From Candidatus Multivoradales bacterium (GTDB lineage Bacteria; Acidobacteriota; Thermoanaerobaculia; Multivoradales; JAHEKO01), in the NCBI GenBank assembly GCA_965223855.1, contig CBDCXM010000009.1, positions 1,696,001 through 1,760,000 on the forward strand: DNA of 64,000 nucleotides. Direction: 5' to 3'. The number at the start of each line of letters is the position of its first letter. Position 1 is the first letter of the stretch. The translations under genes and the position numbers were made by a program. The notes under the pieces were generated by a model. That model saw only the letters and a program-made list of their open reading frames with translations, made no database searches and was not told the origin of the DNA. Below, piece by piece: positions 10,074 to 17,995 of this stretch.

Positions 10074-10363
10074 AGTTCCGGTGACAGGATACCCCCGGCG
10101 GAGTTCCGGCGGAGTTCCGGTGACAGGATACCCATCTACGTCCGCCTTGAGGGAGTTCCGGTGACAGGATACCCATCTACTTCCGCCTTAGTTTCGGTAG
10201 TTTCGGTGACAGGATACTCATCTCTGTCGTCTCAGCGGAGACCGGCGGATCATGTCTGTAGTTTCGGTGACAGGATACTCATCACTGTCGTCTCAGCGGA
10301 GACCGGCGGATCATGTCTGCCAAGCTCCGCAGATAAGTATCCTGTCACCGAAACTCCGAAACT
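10074..10363. repeat. REP-like repeat cluster: 19-bp AGTT(C/T)CGGTGACAGGATAC, five direct copies plus one inverted copy
   Basis: Direct copies at 10074, 10113, 10154, 10199 and 10260; inverted copy at 10337-10355; a near-identical 61-bp tandem unit; lies between convergent genes. Confidence 0.9.
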
Positions 10364-13149
10364 CAGCCGGTGTTCCGCAGGCCCTGGGCGACGCCGTTGA
10401 GCGTCGTTCCGAGCGCCGCCTGGAGCGCTTCCTCGAGTTCGCCGTGCTGCTGCTCCCCGAGCAGCCTCACCTGCAGCAGCGACAGCGCGTCGACGTAGCC
10501 GTTGCGCAGGCCGATGCTGGTCTGGAGCACCGGCGTCTCCTCGAGCAGGTACGCGGTGTCGCGGATCCGGCGAACCGCCGCCACCGTACGCTCGAACTCG
10601 CGCTCTAGCTCGTCGAGCAGCTCGAGATCACCACCGAGCTGCGACACGTAGAGTCGCGCCACCTCGAGATCGGCCTTGGCGCAGACCATCTCGATCTTGC
10701 CGATCAGGTCGTCGAAGAACGGCCAGTTGCAGGCCATCGACCGGAGGAGCGCTTCGCCGCCGTCTTCCGCCAGCAGCCGGGTCAGCGCGGTTCCGGCGCC
10801 GAGCCAGGCGGGCAGCATGAGGCGGATCTGGGTCCAGCCGAACGACCAGGGGATGGCGCGGATGCCCGCCATCGTGCCGGCACCCTTCTCGCGGTAGGCG
10901 GGGCGCGAGCCGAAATGCACCCTGGCGAGCTCGCGCACCGGCGTGCAGTCGAGGAACATCCGGAAGAGCGCGTCTGCCTCGTGAACGTAGCCGCGGTAGA
11001 ACGGCGCCGCCTCGGCGGCGAGCTTCTCCATGGCATCGGCGAAGGCGCGCCGCGGCGCGTCGCCGACTTCGTCGCGCCAGTCGCGAAAGGTCGCCATCAG
11101 GGCGCCCGACGTCAGCACCTCGAGACTGCGCTCGGCGATCTCGGGGAGGCCGTACTTGAGCGAGATCACCTCCCCCTGCTCGGTCACCTTGAGGGTGCCG
11201 TCGACGGAGTCGGGCGGCAGCGCCCTGAGCGCCCGATAGACCGGCGAACCGCCACCGCGGCCGACGGTGCCGCCGGAGCCATGGAAGATCCGCAGACCGA
11301 CGCCGCGCTCTTTAGCGAGAACCGCCAGCGCGTCCTGCGCCTTGTAGAGCGCCCATGCGGCGGACAGGACGCCGGCGTCTTTGGCCGAGTCCGAGTAGCC
11401 GATCATCACTTCCTGGCGTTCGCCGCGTGCCTCGAGCTGCCGGCGATAGACGGGGGTGTCGAAGAGCCGCCGCATGATCCCGGGCGCCGCCAGCAGGTCG
11501 CGCTCGGTCTCGAACAGCGGCGCGACGTCGAGGCTCGACCTCGGTGAGTCGCCGGCGAGATCGACCAGGCCTGCGTGACGGGCCAGCAGCAGCACCTGCA
11601 GCACGTCGGCCGGCGCCTGCGCCATCGAGATGACGTAGGTCGAGGCCGCGGCCTCACCCGCCTCGCGCTGTACCCGGCCCAGGGCGGCAAAGGTGTCGAC
11701 GACCTCGGCTGCGTCCCCGGAGAGGGGCGCGGTGGCCTCGGGGGTCTTGCCGTCGGCGAGACGCATGGCCAGGGCGGCGTCGTCGATCGCCTCCTCCGGC
11801 GTCGTCAGCTCGCCGACCGCCAGCCGGTGCCGGGCGGCGTCGTCCCGGATGTCGAGACACAAGCCGTGGAAACCGAAGCTCCGTACCCGGCGCAGGAGCG
11901 GCCCAAGCAGGTGGCGGCGGGCGCTGTGCGCACCGGCCGAAGAGAGAGCCTCGTCCACGGTCTCGAGGTCGGAGAGGAGCTGTCGAGCGTCCGTGTAGCC
12001 GGCGTCGCCTGTGTCTTCGAGCCCGGCATCGCGAGCGGCGACAGCCTCGCGGGTCGCGCGCACACGGCCGGCGATCAGGGTGAGGGCAAGGCGCACCGGT
12101 TCGTCGGCGTCGCGGCGACGATTGGCCGCGTGGAGATCGGGGAGGAGCGCCGCGAAGCGCTCCACCAGCTCCCCGAGCGCGGGCGGCGGCGGGGCGAGCC
12201 GCGCCGAGAGACTGATCTGCCGAGTGAGGGTGTCGAGCTCGACCGCGTATCTGCCGAGGACGCAGTGCGAGGCGCGGCGGGCGGCGGCGAGGGTGCTCTC
12301 CGGCGTGACGAACGGGTTGCCGTCGCGATCGCCGGCGACCCACGAACCGACCGCGAGCGTCGGCGTGGCCGGCGGCGCCTCGCCGAGCAGTTCCTCGGCC
12401 GCTGATGCGAGCCGCCGCTCGACGACCTCGACGGCGTCGAGAAAGCGATCCTCGAGGTACCACAGGACCGTGCTGACCTCGTCCGCTACCTGAGGGCGAT
12501 CCCGCCTCACCTCGGAGGTCAGCCACAGCAGCTCGACTTCGGTCGTCAGACGCGCCTCGGCGGCGTGGCGACGGCGGGCATCGGAGCGGTCGAGCAGCGC
12601 CGCGGCGACCCGCGCCTGGAGCGCCAGCACCGTGCGCCGCGTCGACTCGGTCGGATGGGCCGTCAGCACCGGCCTGACGTCGAGACGCTCGAGCGCTGCG
12701 GCGATCTCCTCCCGGTCGAAACCGGCGTCGAGCAGCTCCCGCAACGTCCAGCGTGCCGAAGCGGGCTGGTCCGGAGTCTCCTCGCGATCCTGATAGTGAT
12801 GCCGACGCCGCACCCGGTGAGCCTGCTCGGCGGTGTTGATCAGCAGGAAGAAGAGGGTGAACGCCCGTGCGACCACCGGGACGAGGGGCGTCTCCATCGT
12901 TCGCACCTTCCCGAGGAGCTCTTCGAGGCTCGCGGCGTTCTCCTTGCCGCGCCGCCGCGCGCGACAGGCGACCCGCAGCGTTTCGACCGCCTCGAATGCG
13001 TCGTCGCCCTCCAGCCGGCGGACGACGTCGCCCAGCGCCGCCGCCAGGAACCGGACGTCGTCGTGGAGCGGGCGATCGACCTCGCGGAAGCTGTCCGGAG
13101 GGGGGAGGAGCGCTCCGGCTCCCCCCTCAGGCCCGGAGAGCCCGGTCAC
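10363..13149 (-). CDS. ppc: Phosphoenolpyruvate carboxylase
   Basis: VLTAHPTE, WVAGDRDGNP, QEVMIGYSDSAKDAG, FHGSGGTVGRGG, RAIPWSFGWTQ and C-terminal GLRNTG. Confidence 0.97.
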   Translation of the reverse strand: MTGLSGPEGGAGALLPPPDSFREVDRPLHDDVRFLAAALGDVVRRLEGDDAFEAVETLRVACRARRRGKENAASLEELLGKVRTMETPLVPVVARAFTLFFLLINTAEQAHRVRRRHHYQDREETPDQPASARWTLRELLDAGFDREEIAAALERLDVRPVLTAHPTESTRRTVLALQARVAAALLDRSDARRRHAAEARLTTEVELLWLTSEVRRDRPQVADEVSTVLWYLEDRFLDAVEVVERRLASAAEELLGEAPPATPTLAVGSWVAGDRDGNPFVTPESTLAAARRASHCVLGRYAVELDTLTRQISLSARLAPPPPALGELVERFAALLPDLHAANRRRDADEPVRLALTLIAGRVRATREAVAARDAGLEDTGDAGYTDARQLLSDLETVDEALSSAGAHSARRHLLGPLLRRVRSFGFHGLCLDIRDDAARHRLAVGELTTPEEAIDDAALAMRLADGKTPEATAPLSGDAAEVVDTFAALGRVQREAGEAAASTYVISMAQAPADVLQVLLLARHAGLVDLAGDSPRSSLDVAPLFETERDLLAAPGIMRRLFDTPVYRRQLEARGERQEVMIGYSDSAKDAGVLSAAWALYKAQDALAVLAKERGVGLRIFHGSGGTVGRGGGSPVYRALRALPPDSVDGTLKVTEQGEVISLKYGLPEIAERSLEVLTSGALMATFRDWRDEVGDAPRRAFADAMEKLAAEAAPFYRGYVHEADALFRMFLDCTPVRELARVHFGSRPAYREKGAGTMAGIRAIPWSFGWTQIRLMLPAWLGAGTALTRLLAEDGGEALLRSMACNWPFFDDLIGKIEMVCAKADLEVARLYVSQLGGDLELLDELEREFERTVAAVRRIRDTAYLLEETPVLQTSIGLRNGYVDALSLLQVRLLGEQQHGELEEALQAALGTTLNGVAQGLRNTG

Positions 13150-14116
13150 GGGGCGAGGATCCGGCGCAGCGCCGCCATGCCGAGGTTGCCACCGCACAGG
13201 ACGACGCCGACTTTCCGGCCCTCGAACTCTCGCTCGCGCTGGAGGAGCGCCGCGACGGCGACGGCGGCGGACCCCTCGATCATCATCGAATGGCGCTGCA
13301 GGAAGTCGGCGAGCGTCGCCCGGATCTCGCCTTCTCGTCGACCGTGTAGCGGCGATCGATCAGCTCCCGGCACAGCGGGAAGGTGATCGAGCCCTCCTCG
13401 ACGCCGCCGGCCGTGCCGTCGGAGAGGGTCTCGCTCGAGGGCAGGTCGAGGATCTCCCCGGCGTGGAGCGATTCGATCATCACCGCGGAGGCGGCCGGCG
13501 ACGCCGCCACCACTTCGATCCCGGGACGGCGACTCTTGAGGATCGCGGCGGCGCCGGAGAGCAGTCCACCGCCACCGAGGGCGACGAAGACGGCATCGAG
13601 CCCCGACACTTGCTCCTCCAGCTCGAGGCCGACGGTGCCCTGGCCGGCGATCACGGAGGGGTCGTTGTACGGGGAGATGTAGATCCGGCCCGATTCCTCG
13701 CCGAAGGCACGGGCGGCTCGCTCGGCGACCACCGCGTCGTCGCCGTGGGCTCGAACCTCGACGCCTGCCGCCTCGAGCCTCGCGACTTTGTCCTCGTTGG
13801 CGTTGACCGGCACGTAGACGATCGCCGGCGCGTCGACCACACCCGCGGCATGGGCGACGGCGAGGCCGTGATTGCCCGTTGAAGCGGCGACAAAACCGGC
13901 TGCGCGCTCCTCCGGCGCGGCTTCGAGCACGCGATGCAGGGCGCCGCGCACCTTGAAGGAGCCGGTGACCTGGAAGTTCTCGAGCTTGAGCCAGACGTCG
14001 GCACCGGTCGTCTCACTCAGCCACGGTGAGCGCTGAACCGGTGTGCGGCGCGCGTAGCGGGCGATCCTCTGGTGGGCCAGAGGGACGGCCGCGGCGACGG
14101 CATCGGCGTCGATCAT
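13146..14116 (-). CDS. PLP-dependent threonine/serine dehydratase (apparent frameshift near 13335)
   Basis: KLENFQVTGSFKVRGA, ASTGNHG, GQGTVGLE, LGGGGL. The C-terminus EIRATL...IEGSAAVAVAA...VVLCGGN is in another frame. Confidence 0.88.
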
Positions 14117-14553
14117 GCCGGTTCCACCGTGGCACTGCCGGAGTCGAGAGGAGTCGCGTCGGCACCGAAGAGGCGCTTCGTCCGGCGACGGGTGAGCAGC
14201 CAGAGCACGCATCCTCCGACGAGGGTGCCGAGGGGGAAGATCACCAGCAGCCAGCGGTTGGTGACGACGCAGTAGCGGTGACGCCGCAACTCGACGAGGT
14301 AGCGCCCCGTGCGCCACAACCGGACGGTCAGCCAGCCGAAGAAGAGGGCGAGCGGAACGCCCACGAGCGCCGTGATGCAGCTGGCGATCTGTGCGGAGAC
14401 GTCGAGCGGCTCGCCCGGCAGGGTCAGCGCGAGCACCGGGACGAGGCTGATCGCCGCCGCCATCGCCGCCATCGCGGCGAACCCGGCATAGGTCAGCCGC
14501 ACCGACCACGCCAGCGGGCCGAAGGCGGACGCCTCTCTCTGTGTTTCGGGCAT
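14113..14553 (-). CDS. Hypothetical membrane protein
   Basis: About three TM segments, IFPLGTLVGGCVLWLL; ATGA overlap with the dehydratase start. Confidence 0.65.
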   Translation of the reverse strand: MPETQREASAFGPLAWSVRLTYAGFAAMAAMAAAISLVPVLALTLPGEPLDVSAQIASCITALVGVPLALFFGWLTVRLWRTGRYLVELRRHRYCVVTNRWLLVIFPLGTLVGGCVLWLLTRRRTKRLFGADATPLDSGSATVEPA

Positions 14554-14626
14554 CGATGCAGGTCTGACTTCCGGTGATTGCCTGCCTGGAGGATAGCAAG
14601 GAGCCCCCCTGCTACAGTGCGCCGCC

Positions 14627-15814
14627 ATGCACGGCTCGCCCGGGTCGAACGACGGCGTGATCGACAGCTCGACCGACGGCCAGGTGCTCGCCCGGGCCTG
14701 GCAGCAGTGGTGCCGCGGGCCGTGGTGGCTGCACGTCGTCGCCGTCGCCTCCCTGGCCGCTCTGGCGGCGCTGCGCAGCTGGCCTGTCGTCGCGAACCTC
14801 TCCGAGCCGCTGGGAGACGAGGTCTGTTACCTGCGCGCCTTCGAGAGCGTGCTCGCCGGCGAGTCGCCGTTCGAGCAGCCGTGCTACGTGTACCCGTCCG
14901 TGGTCGCCCTGACGGGCGGCCTCGGCTTCGAACTCCTCGGCAGGGATGCCACGGTGGCGCTGATGCGCGCTCTCAACCACGTCGGCCTCGGATTCGCCGC
15001 GTGGATGGCGGTCGGCTGGCTGCCGGCCTCGTGGATTCGCCGCGCCGCCGGCGCCGCCGCCTTCGTGGCTCTCGCACCTCAGGCGGTCTACTCGGTGCGC
15101 TTCGGCAACCTGTCGATGCTGGCGGTCGGCCTGATCCTGCTGGCGCTGGCCTGTGGGTCACGGCGGCCGCTCACCGGAGGGGGGCTGCTCGGTGCGAGCA
15201 TCGCCGTCAAGCCGCTGGCACCGATGGTGGCGTTGGGGTGGCTCCTGGCGGGCCCGACCCGAGCGTTGCGCCTCGCCGGGGGCGTCGCGCTCGGAGCGGC
15301 GGCGCTGCTGGTGCTGGCGTTCCCCCATCTCGACGACCTGCTGGCGCTCCATCGCACCGACAAGGTGGTGCGCACGGTGACCTTCCATCGCTTCCCGCCG
15401 CTGCTCGGCCTCGAGACGAGTGCGCTGTGGATCTCGTTGCCGCTCGCGCTCGGGTTCCTCTGGTGGTTGGTCAGAAGCGAGCCGGGACCGGGACAGCGAC
15501 TGGCGCTGCTGACCGTCGCCTGCCTGGCGGTGACCCCGGTGGTGTGGAGTCACACCCTGGTGCTGGCGTTGCCGCTCGAAGTGATGGTCGGCACCGTCGC
15601 GTGGCGTCGCTGGTCGCGACGCAGGGCTGCCGTCGCCGGCGCCTGGATCGAGCCGGCGTTCGTGGCCGTGGCCGTGGTGGCGATCCAGTTCGCCGCCGGA
15701 GCCGGAGGAGTCGACGATCGGGCTGTGGCGCTGCAACTCGTGGCAGGGGCGGTCCCGGGCTTGGCGCCGATCTTCCTCGTCGCCTACCTGTTGCGCGCGA
15801 CGGATCGGTTCTGA
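14627..15814 (+). CDS. GT-C membrane glycosyltransferase-like protein (GT87/DUF2029-like)
   Basis: GDEVCY..A, YVYPS, RFGNLS, SIAVKP and PVVWSHT patterns; multi-TM. Confidence 0.7.
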   Translation: MHGSPGSNDGVIDSSTDGQVLARAWQQWCRGPWWLHVVAVASLAALAALRSWPVVANLSEPLGDEVCYLRAFESVLAGESPFEQPCYVYPSVVALTGGLGFELLGRDATVALMRALNHVGLGFAAWMAVGWLPASWIRRAAGAAAFVALAPQAVYSVRFGNLSMLAVGLILLALACGSRRPLTGGGLLGASIAVKPLAPMVALGWLLAGPTRALRLAGGVALGAAALLVLAFPHLDDLLALHRTDKVVRTVTFHRFPPLLGLETSALWISLPLALGFLWWLVRSEPGPGQRLALLTVACLAVTPVVWSHTLVLALPLEVMVGTVAWRRWSRRRAAVAGAWIEPAFVAVAVVAIQFAAGAGGVDDRAVALQLVAGAVPGLAPIFLVAYLLRATDRF

Positions 15815-15929
15815 GGGTCGGGTTTCGGGGTCCGGAACGGGCTCGGCGCGGGTCCGGAATGCGGCCAGAGCCCTATGCTAAGGTCCACCGGATCGAGTCG
15901 TGCCAATCGAGGGGCGAGGAGGAGGTTTC

Positions 15930-16775
15930 ATGGCGAAGAAGAAGACGTTCCGGATCAAGGATCTGATGGTCACCGTGCTGCCGAAGCACGTCAGGGTCGC
16001 CCAGTGGCACTGTCTCCACGCGACGGTCTGCCGCCTCCCGAGTCGCGACGCGGACTTCGACGACTACGACGCCCAGGACTGTGGCCCGCCGGGCACCGCG
16101 ATCACCAGCCCCGGGGGTCACTGCCGGGAGGGGGTGAACACCCTCTTCCCATGTGATCCGGGCGAGGCAACGGTGACGGTCTGGTGCAACGACATTACCG
16201 ACTGCGACGGCGCCAACCTCTCCTACGACGTGGACTGCAAGGAGGGCGAGACTTCGATCGATCCCTGCGACGCGAGAGTCGCGCCGACCAATTGCCAGGG
16301 CGTGGTCGCCTCCGACGATGCCTGTGACCAGGGCCAGGGCAGTGACTGTTTCTGGGGAGTCGCGTCGGACTGTGAGGGCGATGGCGGCAGCGAGTGCCCG
16401 GCGCTGGCGGGTTCCGAGTGCGACGACGAGCCCGGTGCCGACGGTTCCCAGTGCCCCGCGCTCGAGGGGTCGCAGTGCGACGACGGCGGAGAGGGTGCGG
16501 CCTCCGGGTGCACCCAGCTCGACGGCTCGGCCGGCGAGATCTGCGGCATCACCGAGCCGTCGGCCTGTGGCGGCGAGAGCGCGATCGGCCTCAACTTTTC
16601 GCGTGTGAACGGCCTCGACGCACTGAAACGCGAACTACGTCAGGCGCTCAAGCAGGTCGAGTCGTTCGAGAAGGCGAAGTATCTCGAGGTGGCGGGACGC
16701 ACGCCGCTCGACGAGGAGGAGCGCCAGCGCCTCGCCCGCAGGGTCACGGAGAACTTCACCGGCGACGATCGGTGA
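15930..16775 (+). CDS. Cys/Ser/Thr-rich acidic protein, putative giant lanthipeptide precursor (281 aa)
   Basis: Strong GGAGG RBS; 20 Cys alternating with Ser/Thr; C-terminal amphipathic helix; directly upstream of the lyase and kinase-LanC genes. Confidence 0.8.
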   Translation: MAKKKTFRIKDLMVTVLPKHVRVAQWHCLHATVCRLPSRDADFDDYDAQDCGPPGTAITSPGGHCREGVNTLFPCDPGEATVTVWCNDITDCDGANLSYDVDCKEGETSIDPCDARVAPTNCQGVVASDDACDQGQGSDCFWGVASDCEGDGGSECPALAGSECDDEPGADGSQCPALEGSQCDDGGEGAASGCTQLDGSAGEICGITEPSACGGESAIGLNFSRVNGLDALKRELRQALKQVESFEKAKYLEVAGRTPLDEEERQRLARRVTENFTGDDR

Positions 16776-16810
16776 GGGCGCCGTCAGGAGCCTGAGCCGG
16801 CGATCCTCGG

Positions 16811-17995
16811 GTGGCCGGCACGCTGACTCAGCTGCGTGAGTTGGCCGGGGTCGGTCTGCGGGCCGGCCGTGGCTACACACTGCGTTCCCTGGAGGAGATC
16901 AGCTCCGAGGAGCGTGAGGCGCTCGGTGCCGCCGCCGACGATCCGGCGGCGGTGGCGTTGTTGCTTCCCTCCGAGGGGAGCGGGCTGACGGTGAAACTGC
17001 TCGACTCGAGGACAGCGGAACTGTTCCGCTCGCTCGAGTCGTCGGTCTCGCGGAGTGAGCTCGCCGAGGGCCCGCAGGCGATCCAGGTCGCCCGGCTGAT
17101 CGCAGACGGCGTACTGGAGATCGAAACCTCCGACGGGTTCGTCGGTGGGCCGGCGTCGCTCCCCTTTCTCCTGGATCCGGTTCCGGATCCCGACGCCATG
17201 TCGGGGCGGGCGGCCCGCCTTGCCGTCGCGGCGGTCCGCTACGGTGCGAGTCTGGGGAAACTGCCCGCGCCCCTGCTGGCGATGCGGCTCTATCACTTCC
17301 ATCGTCTTCCCGAGTCGCGCGGATGGAGGCGGCGCCTGCCCGACGACGAGGCGGTGGATGCCTATCTCGGGATCAGCGAGGGAGAGACCGGACGACTGCT
17401 CGAGAGCACATGGATACCGATCGCCCGTGACGAGCCGAACCCCTACTGGCGGATCTGGCGGCATCGCAATCCACCGCCGGTGAGGCGACGCAGAAGGGCT
17501 ACCTGGAAGCTGTACGTGAGTCCGCTGCTCACCGACCTCCCCTCCCTTCTGCCGACAGTGGTTCGCGTCCTCGGCGAGCTTCAGGTGCCGAACTTCAAGA
17601 TCGGGCGCGGCCTCGGCGGGCTGCTGCGACCCGACAAGATCGTCTCCTACTACTGGTCGAAGGAGCATGCCGAGCGCACCCTCCGGCGCCTGGCCGCCGA
17701 GTTCGAGGGAGTCGCGGCCCACGGAGTGCCCTTCGCGGCGGTTCCGTCGGGAAACGGGTTGATCTCTCTCGGCGTCGATCCGCCGCGCGAAGAACATGTC
17801 GCCCCATGGCTCGAAGGGGCGAGCTACCGGCTGTGGGTCTGTCGCTTCCTCGCCGCGGCGCTGCGTCCGTGCGCGGCGCGGGGGATGCCGGTCGACGATG
17901 CCGCCCGCTTCGCTCTCTCGCGACTGCACCTCGAGGGTGTCGATGTGGAAAGCTGGACGCCCGACCCTGAGCGACTGGACTTCCTCGATGACTGA
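16811..17995 (+). CDS. Stand-alone phosphoSer/Thr lyase-like protein (HopA1/LanY-like) with N-terminal RRE-like domain
   Basis: TWKLYVSP...NFKIG...LLRPDKIVSYY...GVPF...GVDP motifs resemble OspF/HopA1-type lyase domains; overlaps the start of the kinase-cyclase gene. Confidence 0.72.
   Translation: MAGTLTQLRELAGVGLRAGRGYTLRSLEEISSEEREALGAAADDPAAVALLLPSEGSGLTVKLLDSRTAELFRSLESSVSRSELAEGPQAIQVARLIADGVLEIETSDGFVGGPASLPFLLDPVPDPDAMSGRAARLAVAAVRYGASLGKLPAPLLAMRLYHFHRLPESRGWRRRLPDDEAVDAYLGISEGETGRLLESTWIPIARDEPNPYWRIWRHRNPPPVRRRRRATWKLYVSPLLTDLPSLLPTVVRVLGELQVPNFKIGRGLGGLLRPDKIVSYYWSKEHAERTLRRLAAEFEGVAAHGVPFAAVPSGNGLISLGVDPPREEHVAPWLEGASYRLWVCRFLAAALRPCAARGMPVDDAARFALSRLHLEGVDVESWTPDPERLDFLDD

Noticed and set aside
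10074-10363. Possible CRISPR array
   Set aside because: The repeats are only 19 bp with irregular spacing (39-61 bp), the spacers duplicate each other, one copy is inverted, and no cas genes are present.
15890-15906. Sigma54 promoter (TTGGCAC on the minus strand)
   Set aside because: No TTGC -12 element at the right spacing, and it points away from the precursor gene.
15930-16775. Cys-rich ORF as a metallothionein, ferredoxin or disulfide-rich secreted protein
   Set aside because: No CxxC, CC or CxC clusters and no signal peptide; the Cys-Ser/Thr pairing and the adjacent LanC-kinase explain it better, though metal binding is not excluded.
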